Assembly (NCBI GenBank): GCA_038087875.1
Contig: CM075997.1
Location: 4,280,001 to 4,344,000 of the forward strand
Source of the DNA: Malacoraja senta
Taxonomy: Eukaryota
Length of the DNA: 64,000 bases
Reading direction: 5' to 3'
The notes beneath the pieces were generated by a model, which did not search any database, was not told where the DNA came from, and saw only the letters and a list, made by a program, of their open reading frames with translations. Shown piece after piece: positions 1 to 12,929 of this stretch. The position numbers and the translations under genes were made by a program. The stretch's first letter is position 1. Each line of letters starts with the position of its first letter.

Positions 1-849
1 CCTGAACTACTATCTATCTCATTGGTGTCCATTGAACTATCTTTGATCGGACTTTGCTGGCTTTACCTTGCACTAAACGTTATTCCCTTATCATGTATCT
101 GTACACAGTGGATGGCTCGATTGTAATCATGTATTGTCTTGCCGCTGACTGGTTAGCACGCAACAAAAGTTTTTCACTGTACCTCGGTACACGTGACAAT
201 AAACTGAACTGAACAGGAACGCTAGCTTCTGCTTCCTCGGTTTCATCATTCATTGGATATTACTCACCTTGGGGATGTTGTGCTGAACTCATGTTTGAAA
301 GTTCAGTCATGAGTTGCGGGGGGTGTTCTAAATGCTCTTGTCAAAGGCTGGGTGAATCATAGTCATAGAGTCATCCAGCATGACAACGGCCCTTTCTCAT
401 CCACTCCCTACACACTAGGGGCAATTTACAGAGGGCCATTTAACCTACAAACCAGCAAGTCTTTGGGATGAGGGAACAGGAGCACCCGGGGGAAACCGGT
501 GTGTTCACGGGTAGAACGTGCAGACTCCACACAGACAGCACCCGAGGGCAGGATCGAACCGGGGTCTCTGGCGCAGTGAGGCTGCAGCTCTACCCGCTGC
601 GCCACCGTGCACCGAGATGGAATGAAAGTCTTTTGTTTGCCTGCTGCCCAGTTAAATGATGGGTCTGAAGAAGGGTCTCGACCCGAAGCGTCACCCATTC
701 CTTCTCTCCAGAGATGCTGCCTGTCCCGCTGAGTTGCTCCAGCTTTTTGTGTCTGTAGGGCCTGTTTCCACGCTGGATGTAAAGTAACATAACTTGCCTG
801 ACTTCTGACCTGCTGAGGCCGACACCATTGTGTTTGACCGGTCTAAGTG

Positions 850-1040
850 TGGTTCTCGTGGACGGTGACCTCTAGATGGTGAGGGTGAAGGACTTGGCAA
901 TGATAATGCCACTGAATGTGAAAGACAACAGGTTAAACATTTACTAGCCTGGGATAATCATTGTCTAGCGCTTTGTGCCACAGAGGTTATTTGCCATTTG
1001 TCTATCCATGACCGCTTGTTATCCAGGTCTTGCTGCAGGC
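850..1040 (-). mobile_element. Highly degraded CR1/L2-group LINE reverse-transcriptase fragment
   Basis: Minus strand reads LQQDLDN..W.DKWQ.T, the post-YADD segment of CR1/L2-group RTs; heavily mutated. Confidence 0.55.
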
Positions 1041-2100
1041 AAACACCGACTGATTTATTGCTTTGGAGAGAAACAAAAAATAAAATTGAATATGGTGCGT
1101 TCATGCCCAGACCTCCTCCTTTCCGATCATACGATGGAGATAAGGTTGAGGAAGAGGATGAAGGTTGTTGGGCAAAGATACAATGGGCGGGCAGGGTGGC
1201 ACAGCTGGTAGAGCTTCTGCCTCACAGTGCCAGAGACCCGGGTTCGATACTGATCTCCAATGCTGTTTAAGGTATATGGACACACTGATCTGTTTTGTAG
1301 TAAATGCCTACTATGTTCTGTGTGCTGAAGCAAAGCAAGAATTTCATTGTCCTATCAGGGACACATGACAATAAACTCACTTGAACTTGAACTTGAGGTA
1401 GACAAAAATGCAGGAGAAACTCAGCGGGTGAGGCAGCATCTATGGAGCGAAGGAATAGGCGACGTTTCGGGTCGAGACTGATGTTTATTTGAGTTTGCAT
1501 GTCCGCCCAGTGACCGCGTGGGTTTCCTCCGGGTGCTCCGGTTTCCTCCCACATCCCAAAGACGTGCGGGCTTCATATTGCCCCAAGGGTGTCGGGAGTG
1601 GATGAGAAAGTGGGATAGCATAGCACTAGTGTGAACTGATGACAGACAGAAAGTGCTGGAGTGACCCAGCGGGTCAGGCAGCATCTGTGGACAAAAGGAA
1701 TAGGCGACGTTTCGGGTCGAGGCCCCTCTTCAGACTGAAACCACGGATTTCTCCAGAGATGCTGCCTGTCCCGCTGAGTTACTCCAGCATTTTGTGTCTA
1801 TCAGAAGTCTATTACCCTGTTCCTATACAATGATCCAGCGCTTACAAACTCAATGAGAATGGATTTCCTTCTGGACCCCCTGTTCTATTGTAATAGTGGG
1901 ATTGTCAACATTACAACTATCACCTAAATACCATCTACAATCGAGTTCAGTTCCTAAATATGTGTCTCTTACCCACTTCGAACTCCCAGCAGCCCAGCTA
2001 CCTCAACCTGGCCGCTCCCCCTCCCACCGTCCACACCCCCCTCCCACCTACACCCCTCCCAAACTAACCGAGTGTAGAGAGACACAAAAAGCTGGAGTAA

Positions 2101-2160
2101 AGTGGCCTGTCCCACTTGGGCGTCATTCGTGCATCATTTACGCGTCACGACGCACGAGTC
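2101..2160. mobile_element. Truncated PIF/Harbinger-type MITE (left end only)
   Basis: TIR AGTGGCCTGTCCCACTTG directly after GCTGGAGTAA (TAA 2098-2100); abuts a CR1 3' end at ~2161. Confidence 0.65.
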
Positions 2161-2598
2161 AATAGACAATAGGTGCAGGAGTAGGCCATTTGGCCCTTCG
2201 AGCCAGCACCGCCATTCAATGTGATCATGGCTGATCATCCAAAATCAGTACCCCGTTCCTGCTTTCTCCCTATATCCCTTGATTCCGTTAGCCCTAAGAA
2301 CTAAATCTAAATCTAACTCTCTCTTAGGACAAGAGGACATTGCATTGAATACTTTATTCAATTCAATTCAATTCCTTTATTGTCATCTTGCAAGCAACAG
2401 TTGTGCAGTGAAAAACGAAAAGACGTTTCCCAGGGAATACCGGAGCATCGCACATGACGTTTAAAACATTTCACACATAATAATAACAACACTAAAAACA
2501 ATCCAGTCCCTGATGGAACAGTATAAGTTAAAATAGATACAAACAACGTTAAAATACAGTAAGACCAATCATAAACATGTCCGGGGTGGCTGATTTGA

Positions 2599-2705
2599 GT
2601 GGCCAGTGCCAGTTATTGAAGTGGCCAGTGCCAGTTATTGAAGTGGCCAGTGCCAGTTATTGAAGTGGCCAGTGCCAGTTATTGAAGTGGCCAGTGCCAG
2701 TTATT
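2599..2705. repeat. 22-bp minisatellite, about 5 copies
   Basis: GTGGCCAGTGCCAGTTATTGAA units start at 2599, 2621, 2643, 2665 and 2687. Confidence 0.95.
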
Positions 2706-3234
2706 ATAGTGTCCGTGCCAAGCCGCAGAATCAGGTGACTGTGCATGTTCGCCCAGTGACCTCATGGGTTTCCTCCGGGTGCTCCGGTTTCCCCCCCGCA
2801 TCCCAAAGACGTGCGGGTTTGTAGGTCAATTGGCCCTCTGTAAATTGCCCCACCCCCCCCACCCGGTGTGTAAGGAGTGGATGCGAAAGTGGGAATAACT
2901 TAGAACTAGTGTGAACGGGCGATCGATGGCCAGTGTGGACTCTGCGGGCTGAAGGGCCTGTTTTCACACTGCACCGTTAAAACACTAAAACTCTAAAAAC
3001 AGAATCTCAGGCAAGAAACAGGTGGAAGAAATGTGGATCCTAAATAATGGGAAGAGCTAATAGAGCCATGATGTGGGATCTAGGTGCAGATGAGGAACTC
3101 CATGCCTGGACTATGTGGTATTAGCTACAAGGAGATGTTGGACATACTTGGAGTGGTTTCTCGGGTACACTGAAGATTGAGGGGAAGTCTGACTCTGAAG
3201 TCAATTGTCCCTGGTGTGTAGGGAGTGAATGTGC

Positions 3235-4040
3235 CATCAATCAATCAATCAAGTTTTTATTTATATAGCACATTTAAATCAACTCGCGTTAAAACCAAAG
3301 TGCTTTACATAGAGGAAATAATTACGTTTCCGTACATCCATAGAAAAATAATAAAAATGACACAACACATTATAGAATTCAACATGAACGCCCCCCCACA
3401 GCAGAATCAACATTTTCCACTGTGGGGAAAGGCACCAGAAAGTTCATGGGATCACCCAAGTTCGGGGCCTATTTGTGGCCTCCACAGCCAGTCCGATGTT
3501 TTCAGGCCCTCTTGCCGGGAAGATGGAACTCCGGCGTCGGGAGAACACTCCTCAGCGGCTTGGAATGTCCACGGATGAACACAGAGGAAGGGGACTGAAC
3601 TTTGCTGCCTTCCCTCACGGTAGAAAACGTTGATTCTGCTGTGGGAGGACGTTCATGGTAAATTCTATAGTGTGTTGTGCTCTTCTTTTTATTTGTATGG
3701 ATATATGGCAACCCAAATTCTTCTATGTACAGCACTTTGGTTCAACGTGAGTAGATTTAAATGTGCTCTATAAATAAAAATGTACTTACTTACTTACTAT
3801 TTGAGGCCTCCGCCGTCGCCGCAGCGAAGGCCCGATGTTTCAGGCCCTCTCGCCGGATGATGGAGCTCCCGCTTCGGAAAGAACACTCTCAGCGGCTTGG
3901 AGTTCCGAAATCGGCCGCTTCCTACCGGAGACCGCGGCTCCCGAAGTCCACAGGCCGAGCTGGGCGGAGATTCACACTGGCGACCTGGGCGAAAGATCCC
4001 AGGGCCCAGCGATGTTAAACTCAGCGCCGCCCGCAGCTGG
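3235..4040. mobile_element. Cluster of GC-rich non-autonomous retroelement pieces with an L2-like 3' tail (3235-3565 minus, 3590-3800 plus, 3800-4040 minus)
   Basis: Tail AGCACTTTGGT...TTTAAATGTGCT..ATAAATAAA plus a microsatellite matches the tail of the L2 at 11964; the GC-rich body matches 7900-8230. Confidence 0.65.
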
Positions 4041-4389
4041 AAGGTGGGATGACATCGAACTAGTGTGAATGAGTGATTGATGTTCGGCATGGACTTGATG
4101 GGCCGGTTTCAATACTGCATCTCTAAAACTATGAACAATTCTAGATATGCTGGTTAAGCAGGAATAGACGTCCAAGGGTTCAAGCAGGTCCGAGCCTGTC
4201 GAGTGGATTGTACACAATCTGTGGAGAAAGGGCAGGTTCATTGAACATTAAACCCAATTCTACTAAATACTTAATTGTCTGACTAATGTTGGCTCAAAGG
4301 GCTTGCCTGATTGTGCTTGTGGGTGGGGTTGTGGCTGAAACAGAGCCACAAGGCCCTGTGGTGTTGATCTGTAAGAACAATCTCTTTGA

Positions 4390-4835
4390 ATGCACATGAA
4401 GCAAGCTCACCAGGAAGGCCGGCTCTGTCCTGGGGGTGGAGTTGGAGTTGGAGTTGGATTCATGGGAGGTGGTCTTGAAGGGAGGAGGATGTTCCTCAAA
4501 CGGCGGAGCATATTGGACAATACAGTTCACCCCATCCATGACACCCTGGTCAACCTGAGGAGCACCTTCAGCAACAGACTGGTTCCACCAAGATGCAGCA
4601 CAGAACGCCACAGGAGATCCTTCTTCCCTGTGGCTATCAAACTGTACAACTCCTCCCCCTTCTGTCGTGGGGTAGACTGAGACTGACCCCCCCCCCCTCC
4701 CCAATCTTAGTACATCCCCAATCCTTTCCACTCGTCACTTTAATTTCATGTTTCATGTATCTTGTTGCGTTTATGAGTGTTGGCAGATCAATATCCCTCC
4801 TGGGATCAATAAAGTTCTATCGTATCGTATCGTAA
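4390..4835 (+). mobile_element. Rex1/Babar-type LINE 3' fragment
   Basis: SILDNTVHPIH...RLVPPRCSTERHRRSFFPVAIKLYN C-terminus, AATAAA and (TATCG)n tail. Confidence 0.75.
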
Positions 4836-4896
4836 ATATCTTAACGAGACTTTATTGTGTTATTTTCTCTGTTGTAGCAATTGCAAGTAAGTTTAA

Positions 4897-5400
4897 ATGA
4901 ATGAATGAATGAATAAGTTTATTGGCCAAGTATTCACATACAAGGAATTTGCCTTGGTGCTCCGCCCGCAAGTGACAACATGACATACAGTGACAATTAA
5001 GAATGACACATAAAACATTAAACATTAATAATAAAACATTATTGATTAAACATGTGAATTAAATAAACTACCAGAGCAAAAGGAGGCTACAGATTTTGGG
5101 TTGTTGAGTAGAGCTACTACTCGTGGATAAAAACTGTTTTTATGTCTGGCTGTGACAGCTTTGACAGTCCGGAGTCGCCTTCCAGAGGGAAGTGATTCAA
5201 AGAGTTTGTGGCCAGGGTGAGAGGGGTCAGAAATGATCTTGCCCGCTCGCTTCCTGGCCCTTGCAGTGTACATTTCGTCAATGGAGGGAAGGTTGCAGCC
5301 AATAACCTTCTCAGCTGATCGGACGATTCGCTGCAGCCTCCAGGTGTCGTGCTTGGTGGCTGAGCCAAACCAGACCATGATGGAGAAGGTGAGGATGGAT
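4897..5400 (-). mobile_element. Rex1/Babar-type LINE 3' fragment
   Basis: ORF 5046-5378 WFG...LQRIVRSAEKVIG..LPSI..DPSHPGH.LF..LPSGRR; (TTCA)n tail. Confidence 0.85.
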
Positions 5401-5793
5401 CCTGAGGTGGATAGAATTAATCATAGTCATACAGCAGGGAAACAGGCCCTTCAGCCCAACTCGTTCATGCTGACCAAGATGCCCCATCTAACCTATTGTG
5501 GGCTGAAGGGCCTATTCCTGTGCTGTACTGTTCTATATTCTATATATTCAAGATTCAAGAGAGTTTATTGTCATGTGTCCCAGATAGGACAATGAAATTC
5601 TTGCTTTGCATCAGCACAACAGAATATAGTAGGCATGAATACAGAACAGACCAGTGTGTCCATATACCATTATATAAATATATACACACATGGATAAATA
5701 AAACAGATAAAGTACAAATAAACAGATAATGGTCTATTAATGTTCAGAGTTTTGTTTGAGTTGAGTTTAATAGCCTGATGGCTGTGGGGAAGT

Positions 5794-5821
5794 CTGAAGA
5801 AGGGTCTCGACCCGAAACGTC
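5794..5821 (+). ncRNA. Minimal hammerhead ribozyme motif, Penelope-associated, intact core
   Basis: CTGAAGA-A-GGGTC-TC-GACCC-GAAAC-GTC: CUGANGA and GAAA boxes, stem II, palindromic ACGT helix III, GUC triplet. Confidence 0.75.
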
Positions 5822-6036
5822 GCCTATTCCTTCGCTCCATAGATGCTGCCTCACCCGCTGAGTTTCTCCAGCATTTTTGTCTAAGATGGTCATCTTATGG
5901 TTAATTCTTGCACGCGAGCTCACCTCCAACAGACTAACACTTTAGGCCCTGTGAGAGTGGTGTGATATTCCAGGTTACTCTCTCCAGATATTCCTTGGTA
6001 CTGTTTCGACAATGTTACCCACAGCATTCTCACCAA

Positions 6037-6477
6037 TGTGTCCCACTTGGCCACATTTTCGCCCCATTTACGCGACCTCCAAAAATGTGATCGTCGCGTT
6101 GTGACGCACAGGTAGCGTGTGGGTAGCGCGGGACGGGCGCATGGAGAGGCGTGGAGGAGTGTGGAGATGCACGCGGTATCGCGCGGCGCTCCAGGATTTC
6201 ATGCTGCACGAAATCCTCGCGCGCCACCTGCGTGAAGTATCGCGTACGCACGCTGACGCATTGGCGCCGCACGCTGGCGTCCCGACATCTCACGTGTATT
6301 GTGTGGTGACGCATGGTTACGTTACCGTGCGTAACCATGCGTCGCCGCAGGGTATTCTAATGACATCACGTGCACCGGACGATATGATGACGCGTGATTT
6401 GCACGTAACGCGTGTCGACCTATTTTAGATATGACGTGTAAATGAGGCGCAAATGACGGCCGAGTGGGACAGGCCCT
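6037..6477 (-). mobile_element. PIF/Harbinger-type MITE, subfamily A
   Basis: Right end GTGGGACAGGCCCT followed by TTA; degenerate left TIR; internal sequence is the reverse complement of 62333-62801. Confidence 0.8.
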
Positions 6478-7489
6478 TTAACGACTGTAATCCTGCCTGG
6501 GGGATTTGAGTGTGCTCCAGCTGGCTGCAGCATCACCCACATTACAACAGGCACTGTATAACTTCCACTGCACACTGTTGCTGGGTTATCTCAAGGATTC
6601 TCGAAGGTGCTGCGTAAAAGCAAAGCGCTTTTCATTCCACCTGCTTCACTCTGACATTGTGGGCGCCTACAATGCAAGACTCTTCTCTTTTATACGGGTC
6701 TATATGTAGAGAGGAGTGTCATCACATCCTCAGGGCGGTGGCTCTGAGCCACACTGTGATGAAACCAGCCACTGTGCACACAGGCTGCAGACCAGACCGC
6801 ACCGCACCGCACCACTGAATGGAGATGTGGATGGGTGGAGTTCCTCACATTGGCCACAGAATCTGGTTACGACACCGAATGCTGGAGTAACTCGGCGGGC
6901 CGAAGGGCCTGTTTCCACGCAATACCTCTAAACTCAATCTGGTACAGGAAGGAACTGCAGATTTGAAACTTAGATAGACACAAAATGCAGGAGTAACTCA
7001 GCATTTGGGACAGGCAGCATCTCTGGAGAGAAGGAATAAGATGAGGACCCATGGAATGAGAATCCATTCCTTCTCTCCAGAGATGCTGCCTGTCCCAAAT
7101 GCTGAGTTACTCCAGCATTTTGTGTCTATCTTCGGTTTAAACCAGCATCTGCAGTTCCATCCTGCACAGAATATGGTTTACTTTGTCAGATCCAAAAATG
7201 TTGACTTTGAGAGGAAGTCTTGAATGGCGGTGCTGGCTCGAAGGGTCGAATGGCCTTGTCCTGCACCTATTGTCTATTGTCTGTTGGCTTGCCCAACCCA
7301 GGTTCAGAGTCTGAAGAAGGGTCTCGACCCCAAACATCACCCATTCCTTCTTCTACAGAGACACTGCCTGTGCGGCTGCGTTACTGGAGGTGGGTACCTG
7401 TGTCGGACATAATAGGAACACATGAGGTTTCTGGAGTACCCAGACCAATATTAATTCCATAATCAATATCACAAAAACAAATTTTCCCA

Positions 7490-8350
7490 TTGATGATTGT
7501 GGTAGGGGGAGCTGTCTGTATGGCTGCCTGTCCTGCAGCTGTTTGTTTTTTTAACTTCTTTTTAAAAATTTTAGTACGTTAAAGTGTGTTGTTGGGGGTC
7601 TAATCATTCTATGTGTGTGGGGTGTGGATGGGGGAAGGGGGAAACCGCTTTTCTCAGTCCCTACCCGGTGGGAGAGGCGGCTTTTCTCCGAGCAGCATCT
7701 TCGACCCGTCCTCGCGGCCTACCAGTGAGTCTGGAGCGGCGTTTCCACGAGGGGACCGGCCAGAACCACGGCTTCGGCGGCGGCACAGCGCTGAAGCGCT
7801 ATCGTGGAGCGGGCGATGCCTTGCCCGGGTTGCCGCGCTGGAGCTCCGGAATGCAGGGACCGCCGATGAACATCGCGGAGCTGCGGGTCTGTGGAGCGGC
7901 CAGCCTTGGGCGGCGGCGCTGACTTTAACACCGCGGAGCCTGGGATCTCTCGCCGAGATCGCCAGTGGTGGAGCTCCATCCAGCGCGGCCTGTTGGCTTC
8001 GGAAGCCGTGGTCTCCGGTAAGGAAGTGGCCGTTCCAGACACTCCAAGCCGCTGAGAGGGTTCTCCCGACGCCGGAGCTCCATCATCCGGCGAGAGGGCC
8101 TGAAACATCAGGCCACCGTAGCGGCGACTACGGAGGCCCCAAAAGGCCCGACTATGGGTGGACATGGGGATGGGGACTGGACTTTGTGCCTTCCCCCACA
8201 GTGGGAACCATTGTGGGGGGCTGTTATTTATGTTAAGTTTCTTCTTTAATGTTATGTTGTATTTTTATTAGTGTGCTGCAAGGACATCTGAATTTCCCCT
8301 GAAAAGGGGATTAATAATAAAGTATTTATTAATATTATTATTATTATTAT
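7490..8350 (+). mobile_element. GC-rich non-autonomous retroelement (SINE-like, unclassified)
   Basis: Body matches 3500-4040 in reverse orientation; ends AATAAA plus (TTA)n; no coherent protein. Confidence 0.6.
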
Positions 8351-8530
8351 TACTTGACCAATATGACTTGACTTGAACTTGAAGTCAAATATGATTGAAG
8401 TCAAGTATGATTGTCTTCCTGGTGGGTCTTTTCTGTGGGTGGTGAGATGACAGAACCAAGGACGTCATGGTGGCACAGCGCCAGAGACCCAGGTTCAATC
8501 CTGACCACAGGTGCTGTCTGTAGGGAGTCA

Positions 8531-9665
8531 GTACATAGGAGATTAGTGGGTAAAATTAGGGCACATGGTATTGCGGGTAGAGTGCTGACATGGATAGAAA
8601 ATTGGTTGGCAGACAGGAAGCAAAGAGTAGGGATTAACGGGTCCCTTTCAGAATGGCAGGCAGTGACTAGTGGGGTGCCGCAAGGCTCGGTGCTGGGACC
8701 GCAGCTATTTACAATGTACATCAATGATTTAGATGAAGGGATTCAAACTAACATTAGCAAATTTGCAGATGACACAAAGCTGGGTGGCAGTGTGAACTGT
8801 GAGGAGGATGCTATGAGAATGCAGGGTGACTTGGACTGGTTGGGGGAGTGGGCAGATGCATGGCAGATGAAGTTTAATGTGGATAAATGTGAGGTTATCC
8901 ACTTTGGTAGCAAAAACAGGGAGGTAGCTTACTATCTAAATGGCATCAAGTTGGGAAAACGGGAACTACAATGGGATCTGGGGGTCCTTGTTCATCAGTC
9001 TATGAAAGTAAGCATGCAGGTACAGCAGGCAGTGAAGAAAGCGAATGGCATGTTGGCCTTTACAACAAGAGGAGTCGAGTATAGGAGCAAAGAGGTCCTT
9101 CTGCAGTTGTACAGGGCCCTAGTGAGACCACACCTGGAGTATTGTGTGCAGTTTTGATCCCCTAATTTGAGGAAGGACATTCTTGCTATTGAGGGAGTGC
9201 AGCGTAGGTTTACAAGATTAATTCCCGGGATGGCGGGACTGTCATATGCTGAGAGAATGGAGCGGCTGGGCTTGTATACTCTGGAGTTTAGAAGGATGAG
9301 AGGGGATCTTATTGAAACATATAACATTGTTAAGGGTTTGGACCCACTAGAGGCAGGAAACATGTTCCCGATGTTGGGGGAGTCCAGAACCAGGGGCCAC
9401 AGTTTAAGAATAAGGGGTAAGCCATTTAGAACAGAGACGAGGAAACACTTTTTCTCACAGAGAGTTGTGAGTCTGTGGAATTCTCTGCCTCACAGGGCAG
9501 TGGAGAGCTAGATAGGGCTCTTAAAGATAGCGGAGTCAGGGGATATGGGGAGAAGGCAGGAACGGGCTACTGATTGGGGATGATCAGCCACGATCACATT
9601 GAATGGCGGTGCTGGCTCGAAGGGCCGAATGGCCTACTCATTCACCTATTGTCTATTGTTTATTG
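8531..9665 (+). mobile_element. CR1 LINE, 5'-truncated (RT C-terminal half plus 3' UTR)
   Basis: GVPQGSVLGP, SKFADDTKL, LYRALVRPHLEYC; premature TGA at 9155-9157; (TATTGTC)n tail. Confidence 0.95.
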
Positions 9666-9719
9666 TCCGCGTGGGTTTGGCCCGGGTTCTCCGGTTCCCT
9701 CACAGACACCAAAGATGTA

Positions 9720-9997
9720 CAGTTAGGAAAGCAAATCCAACGTTCACATTCATTTTGAGGAGACTAGCATATAAAAGCAAGGAAGTAACGTTGAGGCTCT
9801 ATGAGGCGCTGGTCAGGCAGTATTTGGGGCATTGTGAGCCGTTTTGGGCCCCATATCTGAGGAGGGATGTGCTGGCTCTGGAGAGGGTCCAGACGAGGTT
9901 TATGAGAATGATTGGGTGAACATCTGATGAGCTATTGTTGGCTCTGGGCCTGCACTCACTGGAGTTTAGAGGGATGGGGAGTGATTCTCATCGAAAC
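9720..9997 (+). mobile_element. Older CR1 LINE fragment
   Basis: YKSKEVTLRLYEALVRQYLGHCEPFWAPYLRRDVLALERVQTRF. Confidence 0.8.
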
Positions 9998-11300
9998 CTC
10001 AAGTCAAGGCAAGTGAGTTTATTGTCATGTGTCCCTGGTAGGACAATGAAATTCTTGCTTTGCTTGAGCACAACAGAACATAGTAGGCATTGACTACAAG
10101 GCATTCTATAAATATATACACAATGGTCAATATACTGATAAAGTGCAAATAACAGTATTGGCTAATAAAGTTCAGTGTTATGTCCGAGCCAGGTTTAATA
10201 GCCTGATGGCTGTGGGGAAGTAGCTGTTCCTGAACCTGGTCGTTGCAGTCTTCAGGCTCCTGTACCTTCTACCTGAAGGTAGTAGGGAGATGAGTGTGTG
10301 GCCAGGATGGTGTGGGTCCTTGATGATGCTGCCAGCCTTTTTGAGGCAGCGACTGCGGTAGATCCCCTCGATGGAAGGGAGGTCAGAGCCGATGATGGAC
10401 TGGGCAGTGTTTACTACTTTTTGTAGTCTTTTCCTCTCCAGGGCACTCAAGTTGCCGAACCAAGCCACGATGCAACCGATCAGCATGCTCTCTACTGTGC
10501 ACCTGTAGAAGTTAGAGAGAGTCCTCCTTGACAAACCGACTCTCCGTAATCTTCTCAGGAAGTAGAGGCGCTGATGTGCTTTCTTTATAATGGCATCATT
10601 GTTCTTGGACCAGGAAAGATCTTCAGAGATGTGCACGCCCAGGAATTTGAAGCTCTTGACCCTTTCAACCATCGACCCGTTGATATAAACGGGACTGTGG
10701 GTCCCCATCCTACTCCTTCCAAAGTCCACAATCAGTTCCTTGGTTTTGCTGGTGTTGAGGGCCAGGTTGTTGTGCTGGCACCATATGGACAGTTGCTCGA
10801 TCTCTCTTCTATACTCTGACTCATCCCCATCAGTGATACGTCCCACAACAGTGGTGTCATCAGTGAACTTGATGATGGAGTTCGCACTATGTCCGGCTAC
10901 GCAGTCATGAGTATAGAGTGAGTACAGCAGGGGGCTGAGCACGCAGCCTTGAGGTGCTCCCGTGCTAATTGTTATAGAGTCTGACACATTTCCACCAATA
11001 CGAACAGACTGTGGTCTGAGAGTGAGGAAGTCGAGGATCCAATTGCAGAGGGATGCGCAGAGACCCAGTTCTGCGAGTTTGGTAACCAGCTTGGAGGGGA
11101 TGATTGTGTTAAATGCCGAGCTGTAATCGATGAATAACAGCCTGACATATGAGCATCCACCGTTGATCTGTTGTGGCGGTAAGCGAACTGCAGTGGGTCC
11201 AGGTTTTTGTCGAGGTAGGAGTTGATCTGCGTCATGATCAACCTCTCAAAGCACTTCATCACCACAGGCGTTAGTGCCACAGGTCGATAGTCATTGAGGC
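9998..11300 (-). mobile_element. Rex1/Babar-clade LINE, 5'-truncated, RT pseudogene
   Basis: [53 protein letters not shown] (ORFs 10972-11307 and 10178-10987, broken by a deletion/frameshift); tail GACAATAAACTCACTTG at ~10000-10030. Confidence 0.92.
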
Positions 11301-11690
11301 ACGTCACCTCCCAGATAATGAAAGGCCTGGATATGAAAGAGTAGATATGGAAGTATATGAATGTGGATGCATGCAGTAAAGGGTGAGTCCATGATCAGAG
11401 GGCACAGCCTCAGAATAAAAAGATGTTCCTTTAGAATGGAAGGTAGATAAAAGTGCTGGAGAAACTCAGTGGGTGAGGCAGCATCTATGGAGCGAAGGAA
11501 TAGGTGACGCTTCTTTGGGTCTCGACCCGAAACGTCACCTATTCCTTCGAAGAAAGGTTTCAACCCGAAATGTCACCTCCATAGATGCTGCCTCACCCGC
11601 TGAGTTTCTCCAGCATTGTTGTCTACCTTCGATTTTTCCAGCATCTGCAGTTCTTTCTTAAACATTTCCATTAGAATGGAGATGAGCTCC

Positions 11691-12584
11691 CAGCCAAGGG
11701 CAGTCACGCACAATGCCCACTTCCAGAAATTGGTGACTCAGGACTGATTTAGAGCAGAAATCCCCCACTAACTCTCTGCCTCTCCGCAGCTCCGAGGCAG
11801 CGGTGTGACTTGTGGGCGTTCTGCTGAGTGAATCTAATGGCGTTTACTGAACAGGAACTGAACTTGGGACTTTGTCAAATGGATCAGTCGGTTCACTCTA
11901 CAGATCATTTACCCAGCGACAGCGCTGAACACCAATCAAACAAGATTTTGCCCTACTCGTTTTGAAGTCAAGTCAAGTCAATTTTATTTCTATAGCACAT
12001 TTAAAAACAACTCTCGTTGACCAAAGTGCTTTACATCAGTGCAGGTACTAACTTGCTACATACAGTGGTACATCGATCTAACAATACATACATAAATACA
12101 TACATACAGCGCTCCCTCAGAGGACCTCAAGAAACGCTTGTGAGTAGAAATAGGTTTTAAGTCTAGACTTAAAGGAGTTGATGGAGGGGGCAGTTCTGAT
12201 GGGAAGAGGGATGCTGTTCCACAGTCTAGGTGCTGCAACCGCAAAGGCCCGTTCGCCCCTGAGCTTAAACCTGGACCGCGGGATAGTCAGTAGCTCCAAG
12301 TCGGCCGATCTGCGGGACTTGGAGGTGGTGTGGTGGGAAAGCAGACTTTTGATGTAGGTGGGGGCGAGCCTGTTAAGGGCTTTGTATACATAAAGAAGGA
12401 GTTTTCACCCAACAAACAGCTAACAATGGCCTGTTTCCTTTATCATCGTTACCTTTTTGCATATCTTTCATTCATTGTTCTTTATCTCTCCACATCACCG
12501 TCTATATCTCTCGTCTCCCTTATCCCTAACCAGTCTGAAGAAGGGTCTCGACCCGGAACGTCACCCATTGCTTCTCTCCAGAGA
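11691..12584 (+). repeat. Local duplication, copy 1 (pairs with 14491-14949), interrupted by an L2
   Basis: Colinear similarity from CAGCCAAGGGCAGTCAC to CTCTCCAGAGA, including a shared GGAA variant of the hammerhead GAAA box. Confidence 0.9.
11964..12400 (-). mobile_element. L2 LINE 3' fragment
   Basis: LLTIPRSRFKLRGERAFAVAAPRLWNSIP...FKSRLKTYFY; (TTGAC)n tail; GTTTT duplicated at 11959-11963 and 12401-12405; empty site visible in copy 2. Confidence 0.9.
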
Positions 12585-12929
12585 TGTCTTCAGCCAGAGG
12601 GTGGTGAACTTGTGGAATTCATGGCCGCAGACGGCAGTGGGGGCCAAGTCACGGCGGCACAGTGGTAGAGTCGCTGCCTCACAGCGCCAGAGACCCGGGT
12701 TCAATCCTGACTACGAGTGCTGTCTGTACGGAGTTTGTACGTTCTCCCCGTGATCATATGTGTTTTCTCCGGGTGCTCCGGCTTCCTCCCACACTCCATT
12801 GATGTACAGGTTTATAGGTTAATTGGCGTTGGTAGAAATAGTTCATTGTCCCTAGTATGTAGGATCGTGATAGTATACGGGGATCGCTGGTCAGCGTGGA
12901 CTCGGTGGGCCGAAAGGCCTGTTTCTAAA

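Noticed and set aside
2599..2705. Possible CRISPR or iteron array
   Set aside because: Head-to-tail 22-bp minisatellite with no spacers
5939..6480. CpG island or promoter at 6037-6477 and 62333-62801
   Set aside because: CpG richness is confined within MITE TIRs and is better explained by young insertions
7613..8236. 207-aa ORF as a host gene
   Set aside because: Lies within a GC-rich repeat whose other copies do not keep the frame; no recognisable domain
8411..9157. 248-aa ORF as a functional reverse transcriptase
   Set aside because: Chimera of flank, SINE head and truncated CR1; lacks the N-terminal RT motifs and ends at a premature stop
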